Positions 47,008 to 56,592 of a stretch of 64,000 bases of DNA are shown here, in pieces. This DNA is from a virus: the IMG/VR virus record IMGVR_UViG_3300046804_006785; one strand, 5' to 3'. Below the pieces are notes generated by a model. The model was given only the letters and a program-made list of their open reading frames with translations. It was not told where the DNA came from and did no database searches. Both the position numbers and the translations under genes were made by a program. Position 1 is the first letter of the stretch. The number at the start of each line of letters is the position of its first letter.

Positions 47008-47994
47008 TTAGTCTGTACATGAACATGAATCTTGAATTTCAGTAGCTTGTAGTTCTCTTTTATTTGTTGAAAATCTTTCATAGATGGGTATATCACTAAA
47101 TGTCCTATTTAACTCAATCTCTTTCCAATGCCACCAAAAAAACCTAGCTGGGTTTTCTTTAAACTGCTTTTCTAATTCTTCTGCACGGTGAAAAAAACAG
47201 TAGTCGCAATTACTAATTTCCGGAAAACAAAATTCAGGATGTTTTTGCCAATAATCTAAAATATCTTGTTTTACAATCCTATCTGTGTAAAGTGGAAACT
47301 GTTTGAACCGCCAATCAGCAGATTTTAACCATCTATGTTTACCTTTGAAACGTCCCTCAATATCACATCTGTGAGAAAATTCTATAGGTTCACAACCACC
47401 AGAATTAGACCAATCCAATCCTTTAGTTTCTTTACTGTACTTTGCTCCTAAATTTTTAAAAACTCGTTGACTCTCATCAAACCTAAAACCTATATTCATC
47501 TCTACGGGAGTTCTAATAGAGAGAGAGTTATCAGAGTTTAGTACAGGATTTAACAGGTTAAAGTAGCAGTATTCAAATATAGGTTTTAGCTTCATTTCTA
47601 CTGTACAGAACCTAGTTCTTCTATTTGGTAAGGCAGGATAGCTGTCTATTATTTGATCAAAAGTTTTATTAGATGCTACAAATTTTATTTCTTTACCTAA
47701 CTTTTGCTCTAGGAGTAGTACAGATTTTAAAGTATTATCTAACTCTCTAGATGCTACAAAATGTGGTATCCGGTTTTGCATCTCTCTGATTAATCCTTTA
47801 TCTTTGGGAACGGCAAAAGGATCATCGGTAAGAACCACAGCAAATAAGTTTATATCGGTTGGGTAGTGCAAAGCCATATAAGCTGATGTCCTGCCACCAC
47901 TAATACTAGAAACAGTTTGATTTGCTAAACCTTTAGTGTTAGATAGTATTTGATCTGCCTGTTGTTCATTAGTTTGTAATGTTAATTGCGTCAT
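47008..47994 (-). CDS. phage PAPS-reductase-like (PP-loop) protein with Cys cluster
   Basis: SISGGRTSAYM, RFCTVEMK, IGFRFDE, NCDYCFF, CSCTD. Confidence 0.8.
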   Translation of the reverse strand: MTQLTLQTNEQQADQILSNTKGLANQTVSSISGGRTSAYMALHYPTDINLFAVVLTDDPFAVPKDKGLIREMQNRIPHFVASRELDNTLKSVLLLEQKLGKEIKFVASNKTFDQIIDSYPALPNRRTRFCTVEMKLKPIFEYCYFNLLNPVLNSDNSLSIRTPVEMNIGFRFDESQRVFKNLGAKYSKETKGLDWSNSGGCEPIEFSHRCDIEGRFKGKHRWLKSADWRFKQFPLYTDRIVKQDILDYWQKHPEFCFPEISNCDYCFFHRAEELEKQFKENPARFFWWHWKEIELNRTFSDIPIYERFSTNKRELQATEIQDSCSCTD

Positions 47995-47995
47995 T

Positions 47996-48271
47996 TTATT
48001 TCATTCCTAAGATTACATAATCTTTATCTAATCCAAACTGACCACCTTCTAAAATGTAGGTGATCTTTGCTGTGTGTGTTCTGCCTGTTGTTAGATAATG
48101 TTTTGTCTGATTAATAGGATCTAACTCAAAATTAATCTCATCAACTTCAATCAAATTAAGCGTGTCGCCTACTTTATAATCACGATCATTCTTACGAAGT
48201 TCAAAAGTTTTATTACCTGCTAATACTTCTATGAAATAGCAAAACCAGGTTTTTAAATTATGTGTTGTCAT
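47996..48271 (-). CDS. DUF3850 / ASCH-PUA domain protein
   Basis: HNLKT..YF..V..GNKTFELRKNDRDYKVGDTL...YVILG. Confidence 0.85.
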   Translation of the reverse strand: MTTHNLKTWFCYFIEVLAGNKTFELRKNDRDYKVGDTLNLIEVDEINFELDPINQTKHYLTTGRTHTAKITYILEGGQFGLDKDYVILGMK

Positions 48272-48510
48272 TAATTACCTCTTAAAATTTCTATTGCTTC
48301 TAACATTGTTATCTTGTCTGCTTTTAATTTGTCCCTAACTTTATTAGCTAGGGATCTATTTGTAGTTGAACCTAAACATTTTCCGTAGTGTTCGCCAGGC
48401 TCAACTACAAAAATATTTATTCTGTTATCGTAGCCTTGGGACTGTGTTGTAACTCTCATTTTAGGTTTTGTGGTAGTCAAACTCATCTTTAATTGCTTCA
48501 TAAATGTCAA
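48271..48510 (-). CDS. hypothetical protein
   Basis: Operonic ORF. Confidence 0.5.
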   Translation of the reverse strand: MTFMKQLKMSLTTTKPKMRVTTQSQGYDNRINIFVVEPGEHYGKCLGSTTNRSLANKVRDKLKADKITMLEAIEILRGN

Positions 48511-48742
48511 AATATTCCTGTGTCGTTAGTTCCCTTTGCAAATTATTTCTACAATCTGAAAAGCATATTGATAAGAAAAACAGAAAAAATTCTTTATTCC
48601 AAACTTTTGTATGATTCAATGATGAAAAACTTGGGACTAGCGTGGTAAGCATCACGAAGTCATAAAAAGACAATTTATTATCTAAATCCAAGTCACTGTT
48701 TAGATAATATTGGTAAATAGGCATAAAAGGATTATCTTGCAT
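48461..48742 (-). CDS. hypothetical protein
   Basis: Operonic ORF. Confidence 0.5.
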   Translation of the reverse strand: MQDNPFMPIYQYYLNSDLDLDNKLSFYDFVMLTTLVPSFSSLNHTKVWNKEFFLFFLSICFSDCRNNLQRELTTQEYFDIYEAIKDEFDYHKT

Positions 48743-48757
48743 TGTTTTTTTTCCTAA

Positions 48758-50167
48758 TTAAAAAACGTTGATTCTAAATCTTGCACGACTTACAGCTACA
48801 AAATTCGTTCTAGTCCTATCATCATAGTTAAAATGTTTTGAAATATTAGTCCAATTCTCGTAAGCTGTATCCACTGATTGTCCTTGAGAACCATAACCTG
48901 TAATAGCGTAACAGTACCTTACAGGGTCTATTATTTGCTCAAACTTAGTTAGTCTAGTCAAAGCCTTAAACCACTCAGTTGATCTATAGCCATAAGTTTC
49001 ACTAGCTTCTTTTATAGATCCTTTTAATCTATCCTGCTTATCTTTAAAAGCTATCCTGCAGTCCTTGTCAATTAGATTAATAGAATTTTTTAATCTACTA
49101 TCATCATCAGGATCAGAAACTATAGTTTCCCATATTTTCCACTCTATACCATCATCGTCTTCTCTTATTTGGAACTTTGATGAATGAACAACTAACTGTG
49201 TGGCAGTAGGGTAAATAATCATATCTTTACCTTTACCATCTAATCTTTTAACTGATCCTGTTGTTATTAATAATTCCCCAGGTGTTGCTGATTCATACTC
49301 ACCATAGGGAATAACCAAATTACGGACAATATTATTTATACGATCAACTTCTGGATTAGTCCAACAAACACAACGGGTATAGTCCCATTTTTGAGTTTGT
49401 ATCATCCGATCTACTTGACGGGCAAAACTCTCTATTCCTTCTTTTTGAGAGTAGACAAAATAACCATGACCATAATTATTTTCAGGTACAGATTTAGGAA
49501 ATAAAGTCAATGGATTAAAAGCTTTATCTTTATTTTTTACTGCGGCTAAACTTGCAGATATTACTTTATAGATATAACTATCTTCTGAATATCTTTCAGT
49601 TTTAGTTAGCTCTTTAAAATTATTACCTACCAATGATAATGCGTGAATTGCTTTTTCCCCTACAGGTGCTAGTTGCCATTGATCCATTAGAATCAAAATT
49701 TTAGCTGTGGTTTTGATTTCATCATCTAATGCTTTCCAATTAGATGAGGACACCATTGACCCCTCATCTACAATAACTAGATCATAAGTATGTAATGGTT
49801 TCTCTTTTTCACCATCATTGGAAAACAGATCATCCCCACTAGTTACAAACTGCTGATTACCATTAGCATCTACTATAGGTGCTAAACCTAAAGCACTTGC
49901 AATAGTTTGTATATTGCTTTGTCCATCAAAGGCTTTTTTTAATGTCTTACAAGCAGAGTTCGTTGGAGCTAATACACCAATATTCTTAGCAAGCCTCGCA
50001 CGTTTTATACTTTCTACTGCATACTTAGCCGTGAATGTTTTCCCCGTTCCTGCTGTACCGTAACAGCCAATGTAGCGATTACGTTGATTCATTGCGTTTA
50101 CAATAAACTCTACCATCTCCTCCTGTTGCCAGTTGAGACGGATGCCTTGATCTAATGCAGCTACCAT
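48758..50167 (-). CDS. SF1B Dda/RecD-like helicase
   Basis: GTAGTGKT, APTN, VDEGSM, QLAPV, YAIT..SQGQS, VAVSRAR. Confidence 0.9.
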   Translation of the reverse strand: MVAALDQGIRLNWQQEEMVEFIVNAMNQRNRYIGCYGTAGTGKTFTAKYAVESIKRARLAKNIGVLAPTNSACKTLKKAFDGQSNIQTIASALGLAPIVDANGNQQFVTSGDDLFSNDGEKEKPLHTYDLVIVDEGSMVSSSNWKALDDEIKTTAKILILMDQWQLAPVGEKAIHALSLVGNNFKELTKTERYSEDSYIYKVISASLAAVKNKDKAFNPLTLFPKSVPENNYGHGYFVYSQKEGIESFARQVDRMIQTQKWDYTRCVCWTNPEVDRINNIVRNLVIPYGEYESATPGELLITTGSVKRLDGKGKDMIIYPTATQLVVHSSKFQIREDDDGIEWKIWETIVSDPDDDSRLKNSINLIDKDCRIAFKDKQDRLKGSIKEASETYGYRSTEWFKALTRLTKFEQIIDPVRYCYAITGYGSQGQSVDTAYENWTNISKHFNYDDRTRTNFVAVSRARFRINVF

Positions 50168-50264
50168 CAGTTTACTCCTAAAATATTTAATCTATTTTAC
50201 TTGACATTTTATTATAATACTACTATTATTTTAAAGTCAACATCAAACAAGGACATATTTTATC

Positions 50265-52490
50265 ATGGCTTTCCAAGACTTTATTTCTGGTAAAGTTTCA
50301 GAAAAAGCAGCACTTGAGGCTGCTTTAGTTCGTGTAATCACTGAGTTACAAGCAGCCAATAACGCTGCACCTGCTGTGGATGACGCGGTAAATAAAATAA
50401 AAGGACTAATATCTGTTTTACAATCTAGTCCGGCGTCGGTTGTGGACGCTGCTAAAGAAGCGATCCGCGATGCTTGTGGGGATATTTCCCTACTGCCACA
50501 AAATAAGGAAGTTTCTACTCTAGTAGTGCCTCGGTTTGTAGTTGAAACTAACTCACCTGTTTTATCTGACTTGCTAGGTGAAACAGAAAGCAATACAGAT
50601 ACCCGTGTTACAGTAGATGTAACTACTACTACATCTGCTAATGAGATTTTACCTTCTTCCTTCACATCTACAAGTAATGATAAGGATACAACAGAAGAAA
50701 GTAGTAAACCAAAACGACGGACACAAGCGGGATTTAACCGCAAGGTTGAAGAGTGGACTAAAAAACTAAATAACTTGACCACAGATAACTATGAATCTGT
50801 GATTGCTACTGTTGATGATGAGTTTAAATACTGGACTAATGGGACTAAGTTTGAATCTGAATTAATAAGTGAAAAACTGCAAGATTCTATTGCTTATTGG
50901 GCATCCTTAGATCAACCCGAATCTGAATCTAAAGAGATTATAGAAGATGACGTACCTGTAACAGCTAGTAGTGATGTTGTAGAAACTGATACAAACGAAA
51001 CTACTGTAGATTTGTCTAGCTTTAATGTAGAAGAAACTACAGAAGATATTCAAATTGTAGAAGAAATAACCGAAAATACTACTATTTCTTCAACTGAAGA
51101 ATTAACTAACGAAAATCCAGTTTTAGAATCAGTCGCGACTACAACAGACACCACACAAAAGTTTTTAGATAGACTAAACTCAGATAATTTAAGTGAAGCT
51201 GGTTTAAGCGACTTACAAGAGGAAATAAGAACTTTTTACGGTTCTGGACACATACCCCAGCCTTTACTTGATGCCCAGATCACAGCTTGGGAACGCTTAA
51301 ACAATGATGATGATTTAGATGACGATGACGCTGTGTATTCTGAAGAATTTGAAATTGATAACACACCTGATGAAGAACCAGAACTAACAGAAGTTTATGA
51401 CGCTAACGATGATGATGACGATGATGATATCTATGATGGTGATATTCCTGACGATGAGGAATTAACCGCTACAGATCAACCAACTGAAAATCCTGAAGAT
51501 ATTGCACAAAATAAAATAGTTACTGATAATTTATCTTGGCAAAATTCAATCTTAACCAATTGTGAAACATGGGAAGAATTAAAAGAATGGGATAAATTTA
51601 TAGCTAACGCTGTTAATAAAAACCCTGATTCTGTCTTACCAGAAACGTTCACAGCCTTGGATACTACCCGATCTAAGTTAGAAGCTAGAGATGCACAACA
51701 AGCTAAAACTGTGGACGTAGATTCTTTAACACAAGCTTGGGTAAACCGTGCTGAATTAGCTTTTGATCTAGAGGAAATTCAAATTATTTACAATGAAATC
51801 AAAGATGAAATAAAAGCTTCAGGGATTAATCCTAGTATGGCTTTAATTAAAGCTTTAGATGCGGCTAATGCTAGATTGACTCCAGTAGCTCCAGTAACCA
51901 CAGTAGTGACAACAAAACCGGAAATCAGTGATGAAGACATCGCGGATGCCAAAGCCTGTATTGATAATCAGTGGTCTACACCATCTGAACCAATAGAAGT
52001 TTCAAGTACCGCTACTAAGAAAAACCCATTTGCAGGTAGAAAATCTAGCGGAGGTAAGATTACCGTAGAGGTTGAATTAACTAGTTCAGAACAGACCCAA
52101 AACACTTCGGATTCAATAACAATAAATAGCATCAATACATCTGGTGTTTTTGAGTTCCAGTCTCTAGACGGAAAACCTGAAAAACATCACAGATTTGATT
52201 CTCGTTACATACTAGATCCTGGTACTAAGCTATTTGAGCCTGGCACGAAGTATGTGTTTGAAGTGGCTACATGGGAAGAGGTAATCAGCCTTAATCCTCT
52301 CATTGCTGAAAATCCAAACAAACTACCTTTAAAATCTTTACATAATCCTAAACGGAGCTATAGCAAGGATGCGGACAAGACTGATGTTTTTGTGATTGTC
52401 AGTGATAAACAAGCGAACCAATTAGTACAAGAATACAGAGCTGCTCTTGTACAAATGGAAAGCAATCCTAATTTTGAAATTGGTAGCTAA
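50265..52490 (+). CDS. large acidic low-complexity protein
   Basis: 741 aa, D/E/T-rich, with repeated Trp-containing helical units. Confidence 0.7.
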   Translation: MAFQDFISGKVSEKAALEAALVRVITELQAANNAAPAVDDAVNKIKGLISVLQSSPASVVDAAKEAIRDACGDISLLPQNKEVSTLVVPRFVVETNSPVLSDLLGETESNTDTRVTVDVTTTTSANEILPSSFTSTSNDKDTTEESSKPKRRTQAGFNRKVEEWTKKLNNLTTDNYESVIATVDDEFKYWTNGTKFESELISEKLQDSIAYWASLDQPESESKEIIEDDVPVTASSDVVETDTNETTVDLSSFNVEETTEDIQIVEEITENTTISSTEELTNENPVLESVATTTDTTQKFLDRLNSDNLSEAGLSDLQEEIRTFYGSGHIPQPLLDAQITAWERLNNDDDLDDDDAVYSEEFEIDNTPDEEPELTEVYDANDDDDDDDIYDGDIPDDEELTATDQPTENPEDIAQNKIVTDNLSWQNSILTNCETWEELKEWDKFIANAVNKNPDSVLPETFTALDTTRSKLEARDAQQAKTVDVDSLTQAWVNRAELAFDLEEIQIIYNEIKDEIKASGINPSMALIKALDAANARLTPVAPVTTVVTTKPEISDEDIADAKACIDNQWSTPSEPIEVSSTATKKNPFAGRKSSGGKITVEVELTSSEQTQNTSDSITINSINTSGVFEFQSLDGKPEKHHRFDSRYILDPGTKLFEPGTKYVFEVATWEEVISLNPLIAENPNKLPLKSLHNPKRSYSKDADKTDVFVIVSDKQANQLVQEYRAALVQMESNPNFEIGS

Positions 52491-52539
52491 TCTAACGGGA
52501 GTTCCTAATAACTCCCATTTTTAATAAACATTTTTTAAA

Positions 52540-52722
52540 TTGACTTTAAGTGAGATGAGAATAGATCAAATTTTAGGCAGTGATAAGCTAACACAATCAG
52601 AACGGGAATTTTTGCACTCCATTTTATATAAGACTTGGAGTATGGCAGAATCTAATAGGGTACAACAAATTGGCAGACAAATATTAAGAAGAGAGAAGAG
52701 AAATGCAAGCATTACAGGGTAA
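52540..52722 (+). CDS. small hypothetical protein
   Basis: Operonic ORF overlapping the macro gene. Confidence 0.5.
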   Translation: MTLSEMRIDQILGSDKLTQSEREFLHSILYKTWSMAESNRVQQIGRQILRREKRNASITG

Positions 52723-53152
52723 TATTTTAGATATTACTGACGGCGTAATTTGCCACCAAGTGAACTGTAAAGGTGTCTTTAATGCTGGGTTAGCTAGACA
52801 GATTAGAGACAAATATCCTTTGGCTTATCGGCATTATATTGAGGTGCATAACAAAACAGGTTTACATCTTGGTAAACCTTTTTATGGTTGGGTATCTGAT
52901 AAAATTATTATTTATCACCTACCAGCACAATACAGCTTTGGTAGAACAGGACTGCATACAGACTATAACGCTTTAAGAGAATGTTTAGAAACCGTTGCCT
53001 TAAAGTTAATTGATTTACCAGAAATGCCTATTTACATACCCTATAATATGGGTTGTGGTTTAGGTGGTGGTGATTGGGAAATAGTATCTGGAATTATTGA
53101 GGAAACTTTGCCAGATGCAATTATAGTTAAACTTGAGAAGGACACTGATTAA
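52703..53152 (+). CDS. macro domain (Appr-1-p/ADP-ribose processing) protein
   Basis: GNILD, ICHQVNCKGVFNAGLARQI, PYNMGCGLGGGDW. Confidence 0.9.
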   Translation: MQALQGNILDITDGVICHQVNCKGVFNAGLARQIRDKYPLAYRHYIEVHNKTGLHLGKPFYGWVSDKIIIYHLPAQYSFGRTGLHTDYNALRECLETVALKLIDLPEMPIYIPYNMGCGLGGGDWEIVSGIIEETLPDAIIVKLEKDTD

Positions 53153-53154
53153 AA

Positions 53155-53667
53155 ATGAAACATTACGGAATACCCCAAACAAGAGACAAAAGTTATGGCG
53201 TTGCTGCCTGTTTAACCTATTGGGTTTTTAAGTGTAGAGATAGAAAGAAAAGCCCAGCAATGGGAACTAAAACCTGGACTTATCTAGAGTCCAGTATTAG
53301 AAATTCAGCCGAAATTTCTACTAATTTAGAGGACTATTTACAGCGACTTTGTGATAAATTATGCTCACAATTAAGACCTGTTGAATTAACAAAAATTATT
53401 CAACCAACACAGCGCATCCTTAGAGTAAATGAAGATGCTACTGAGATTAAAGAACTTCCCATAGATCAAAATTTAGTATTCATGGGATGGTTAGATTTAC
53501 TTGCAGATATTTCACCTGAAGGATTCACAGAATGGGATATTTTAGAACTGCTTAGAACTAAAGCAGGAATTATTCAGGTTTTATGCCGACTAAGATTTGA
53601 GGAAGACCGCGCTTTAGGACTTGATGAGCCAGAAGAATTTATTGATGTTGAGGTAGCAAATGTTTGA
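53155..53667 (+). CDS. csf4: type IV-B small subunit (Cas11-like)
   Basis: Helical 170-aa protein directly upstream of csf2; WTYLESSIRNSA...LEDYLQRLCDKL pattern; call rests partly on position. Confidence 0.65.
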   Translation: MKHYGIPQTRDKSYGVAACLTYWVFKCRDRKKSPAMGTKTWTYLESSIRNSAEISTNLEDYLQRLCDKLCSQLRPVELTKIIQPTQRILRVNEDATEIKELPIDQNLVFMGWLDLLADISPEGFTEWDILELLRTKAGIIQVLCRLRFEEDRALGLDEPEEFIDVEVANV

Positions 53668-54790
53668 TAATTACGATGTTTTTAACAGAGAAAAATTGAC
53701 TTTACATTGTGTGATTACAACACAAACCCCACTAAGCCATATTGGTGAAGTATCTGGTAATGTCAGCAACTTAAAAACGCTTAAACTATTGGATTTTGAA
53801 GGCAATCCTAGAAGTATTTTTACTTATTCTGGTAATGCCTTAAGAAACGGTATTTTAAGACGGGTTGGAGTAGCGGCGGCATTAACAGAGTTAGGATTAC
53901 AGGTTAATCCTGACACTCACCACACAATGTTCGCTGGTGGTAGAATTGACGCGGGTACAGCTTCAGATATGGAGTTAGATAAGAAGATCCGAGTTTTGAT
54001 GCCTTGGTTGTCTGTTCTAGGCACGGCTAAACCTGCTAAAGTTTTTGGATCTAAAGATGCCCAAATGGTGCAAGGTCGGATCAATGTTGGTTCTGCTTAT
54101 CTGCAGTGTTACGAGTCAGCAGAATATATTTACAACCAAATCCCGTCTGCTTTACCACCAAGGGTACAGCCAATCATTGAACAGTTGTTACAAGCTAAAA
54201 ATAAGTTATCTTCAGATCCATTTGTTCCTACAAAATTAGAAGATGCTGATTTTTGGGAAAGTTCTAAATCTAAATATCTTCCGTTACTTCAAAAACATTT
54301 GAAGACATGGACTGAGTATTTAACTATTGATCAAACTACTCGCAGAGATAGCACTTTAGACCCTAATTTACTCAAGTTTTTACCATCAGGAGCACAAGCG
54401 CAATTGAAAGGCGACGGCACTACTAAAGAGAAAAAATCAGATCAAATGATTGCTTCTGATAGGTTAATTATGCCTGGTGCTAAATTATATTCACGCTGGG
54501 ATCTAAATTGTACTCAAGTGGAACAAGGTTGGATTTTTGATACTTTATTAAAGTTTGCTGAATCGCCCTATATTGGTGGTAAGGGCAACCGAGGTAACGG
54601 TCGAGTAAGCCTTAATTTTTGGTTTAGTTCTACCACTGAGCGCGGTTTATTGTGGAGTTCTGAAAGCGGTATTGAGAGTAAGAAATTTGAACTTGCTCAT
54701 GCTAAATACAGGGAATATATCAATCAATATCAGCAATTTTTAAGCGAAGCAAAAACATCAACCGAGTTGAAAAACTTATTAGGTAGTTAG
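53660..54790 (+). CDS. csf2: type IV Cas7-like backbone subunit
   Basis: TPLSHI, YSGNALRNGILRR, MFAGG, SVLG, GRINVG, glycine loop IGGKGNRGNG. Confidence 0.9.
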   Translation: MFDNYDVFNREKLTLHCVITTQTPLSHIGEVSGNVSNLKTLKLLDFEGNPRSIFTYSGNALRNGILRRVGVAAALTELGLQVNPDTHHTMFAGGRIDAGTASDMELDKKIRVLMPWLSVLGTAKPAKVFGSKDAQMVQGRINVGSAYLQCYESAEYIYNQIPSALPPRVQPIIEQLLQAKNKLSSDPFVPTKLEDADFWESSKSKYLPLLQKHLKTWTEYLTIDQTTRRDSTLDPNLLKFLPSGAQAQLKGDGTTKEKKSDQMIASDRLIMPGAKLYSRWDLNCTQVEQGWIFDTLLKFAESPYIGGKGNRGNGRVSLNFWFSSTTERGLLWSSESGIESKKFELAHAKYREYINQYQQFLSEAKTSTELKNLLGS

Positions 54791-54838
54791 CAGTCAACAA
54801 GCCTGGTTTTCCAGGCTTTTCGTCTTTAATATTAATTT

Positions 54839-55546
54839 ATGCAGAATCTAAAAATTACAGCGCACCTATCAACAGCTATCGGCACTTATGATAATTGGAG
54901 TCCATCACTAGAGGGCATCCTAGTCTATCAATTGCTTGAAAATAACAATTTGCTTAGTCCTAACCCCACACCTCAACAAATGGCAGACGTTCAGGAATTT
55001 TTACGAGATAATCTACCGTTAAAACAAGCTACTCTGAAAAATGAATCACACTGGTGCGTTAGTGCGCCTTGTTATGTAATCAAAGGCGAAACTACAGATA
55101 AATACCGTAAACGCTGGGATAATCATGAAAATAACCTAAATTGGGGTAAAAGAAAACCACAATTTAAAACTGGTGAAGGGGCAGAAAAATCTTATGATCT
55201 TCCTTTATTTACTCGTTCTGTGACTAACATTAGCTGGTTTGTAGTTGGTAATAAAACGGGAATTAAAGATTTATTATCCACAGTTACTCACATTCAGAAA
55301 AAACGCAGTTATGGTAATGGTGAAATTAGAGAATGGGAAATAGGTATAACGCATGATGACTATCATCTATGGCGAGATGATAAACTAATGAAACCTATTC
55401 CTGTTAGGTTAGTTGATGATAAATTAGACAATCCTCAAATGGTGTGGGGATGGAGAAGCCCAGCTTGGTTAGCTACTAATAAAGAACTTTGTTATATGCC
55501 CAAGGATAATGTGATTTATGGAACTAGAAGAAAGATTAATGTTTGA
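54839..55546 (+). CDS. csf3: type IV Cas5-like subunit
   Basis: LKITAHL, LEGIL, LPL, SWFVVGN, THIQKKRSYGNGEI, KPIP. Confidence 0.85.
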   Translation: MQNLKITAHLSTAIGTYDNWSPSLEGILVYQLLENNNLLSPNPTPQQMADVQEFLRDNLPLKQATLKNESHWCVSAPCYVIKGETTDKYRKRWDNHENNLNWGKRKPQFKTGEGAEKSYDLPLFTRSVTNISWFVVGNKTGIKDLLSTVTHIQKKRSYGNGEIREWEIGITHDDYHLWRDDKLMKPIPVRLVDDKLDNPQMVWGWRSPAWLATNKELCYMPKDNVIYGTRRKINV

Positions 55547-56222
55547 AGGTTGGGCAAATCTACCACAGTTTAAGAAGAAGGTAGATCAAGCTAAGTCAAT
55601 TATCAAACAAGCTTTGGAGATTGCACCTGCTTATGTGGCTGTAAGTTGGGGTAAAGATAGTGTAGTTATGCTGCATTTATGTCAACAAGTACAGCCGGAT
55701 ATTGTTGCTATATTTTTAACAGATAGTGAACAAGAAAACTTTGGTAACTATTCTGATGTCATCAAACAATACTTAGACAAATATCAGACAAATTATCTAG
55801 AACTTGATCTTATTGGTGATAGGATACCTCACAAGTTTGAAGCGGCTGAACTGTGGAAAACATACCCAGTAGCTTTTCAAGGATTACGATTAGAAGAAGG
55901 CGGAAAAAGGAAATTTAGTTTGAATAAATATGGGCATACCTATCAATTAGCCAATGGTAGTTACAGAGTATGTCCGTTGATTTATTGGGGATGGAAGGAT
56001 ATTTGGGCATACATTGTCATCAACAATTTACCCTACTTGGATGTTTACGATCACTCAATTAACAGTGATAGATCAAAGTCAAGATCCTGTAATCTGTTAG
56101 CTAAAGAACAAGGCAATACAAAAGCAGTAGAAACGGGTAGAATAGCTAGATTAAGACTTTTAAATCCTGAATACTATAACTATCTTCAGGAAAATTATCC
56201 ACACTTAGCGTCAGCAACTTAA
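55518..56222 (+). CDS. cysH: CysH/PAPS-reductase-like type IV-B accessory protein
   Basis: VAVSWGKDSVVMLHL PP-loop, GLRLEE, CPLIYWGWKDIWAYI. Confidence 0.85.
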   Translation: MELEERLMFEGWANLPQFKKKVDQAKSIIKQALEIAPAYVAVSWGKDSVVMLHLCQQVQPDIVAIFLTDSEQENFGNYSDVIKQYLDKYQTNYLELDLIGDRIPHKFEAAELWKTYPVAFQGLRLEEGGKRKFSLNKYGHTYQLANGSYRVCPLIYWGWKDIWAYIVINNLPYLDVYDHSINSDRSKSRSCNLLAKEQGNTKAVETGRIARLRLLNPEYYNYLQENYPHLASAT

Positions 56223-56223
56223 T

Positions 56224-56592
56224 ATGATTCAGATGAAATATTACAAAGATGCAAACATTGATGAATGGTTAAGCATGGCAGGCTCTCAAGCCAAGGGGTT
56301 ACCTTTAGTCAAATCTGGTAACTTTGCGGCTGATATGCTCAAGTTTGACCGATGGGAACAAACAACTTTACACACTCACCCCGGTGATCATATTTTATTT
56401 GTGGTTGAGGGTGATGGATGGTTAGATTATGGTGATAAAACTTATGATCTAGCTATAGGTAGTTGCTATTTTGTGGTAGGTCGTATACCTCACAGAGTAC
56501 GGGCTTCCAGTGCAGGAATGTTTCTACTCGCTATTGCTAATAATCATTACTCCGTTGATAATCCTGACAGGTTAGAGGTGATCCGTGAGTAA
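56224..56592 (+). CDS. cupin domain protein
   Basis: LHTHPGDHILFVVEG...GRIPHRV cupin motifs. Confidence 0.9.
   Translation: MIQMKYYKDANIDEWLSMAGSQAKGLPLVKSGNFAADMLKFDRWEQTTLHTHPGDHILFVVEGDGWLDYGDKTYDLAIGSCYFVVGRIPHRVRASSAGMFLLAIANNHYSVDNPDRLEVIRE

Noticed and set aside
55518-56222. cysH as a sulfur-assimilation auxiliary metabolic gene
   Set aside because: It is embedded in the csf operon and lacks the C-terminal ECGLH catalytic motif of true PAPS reductases
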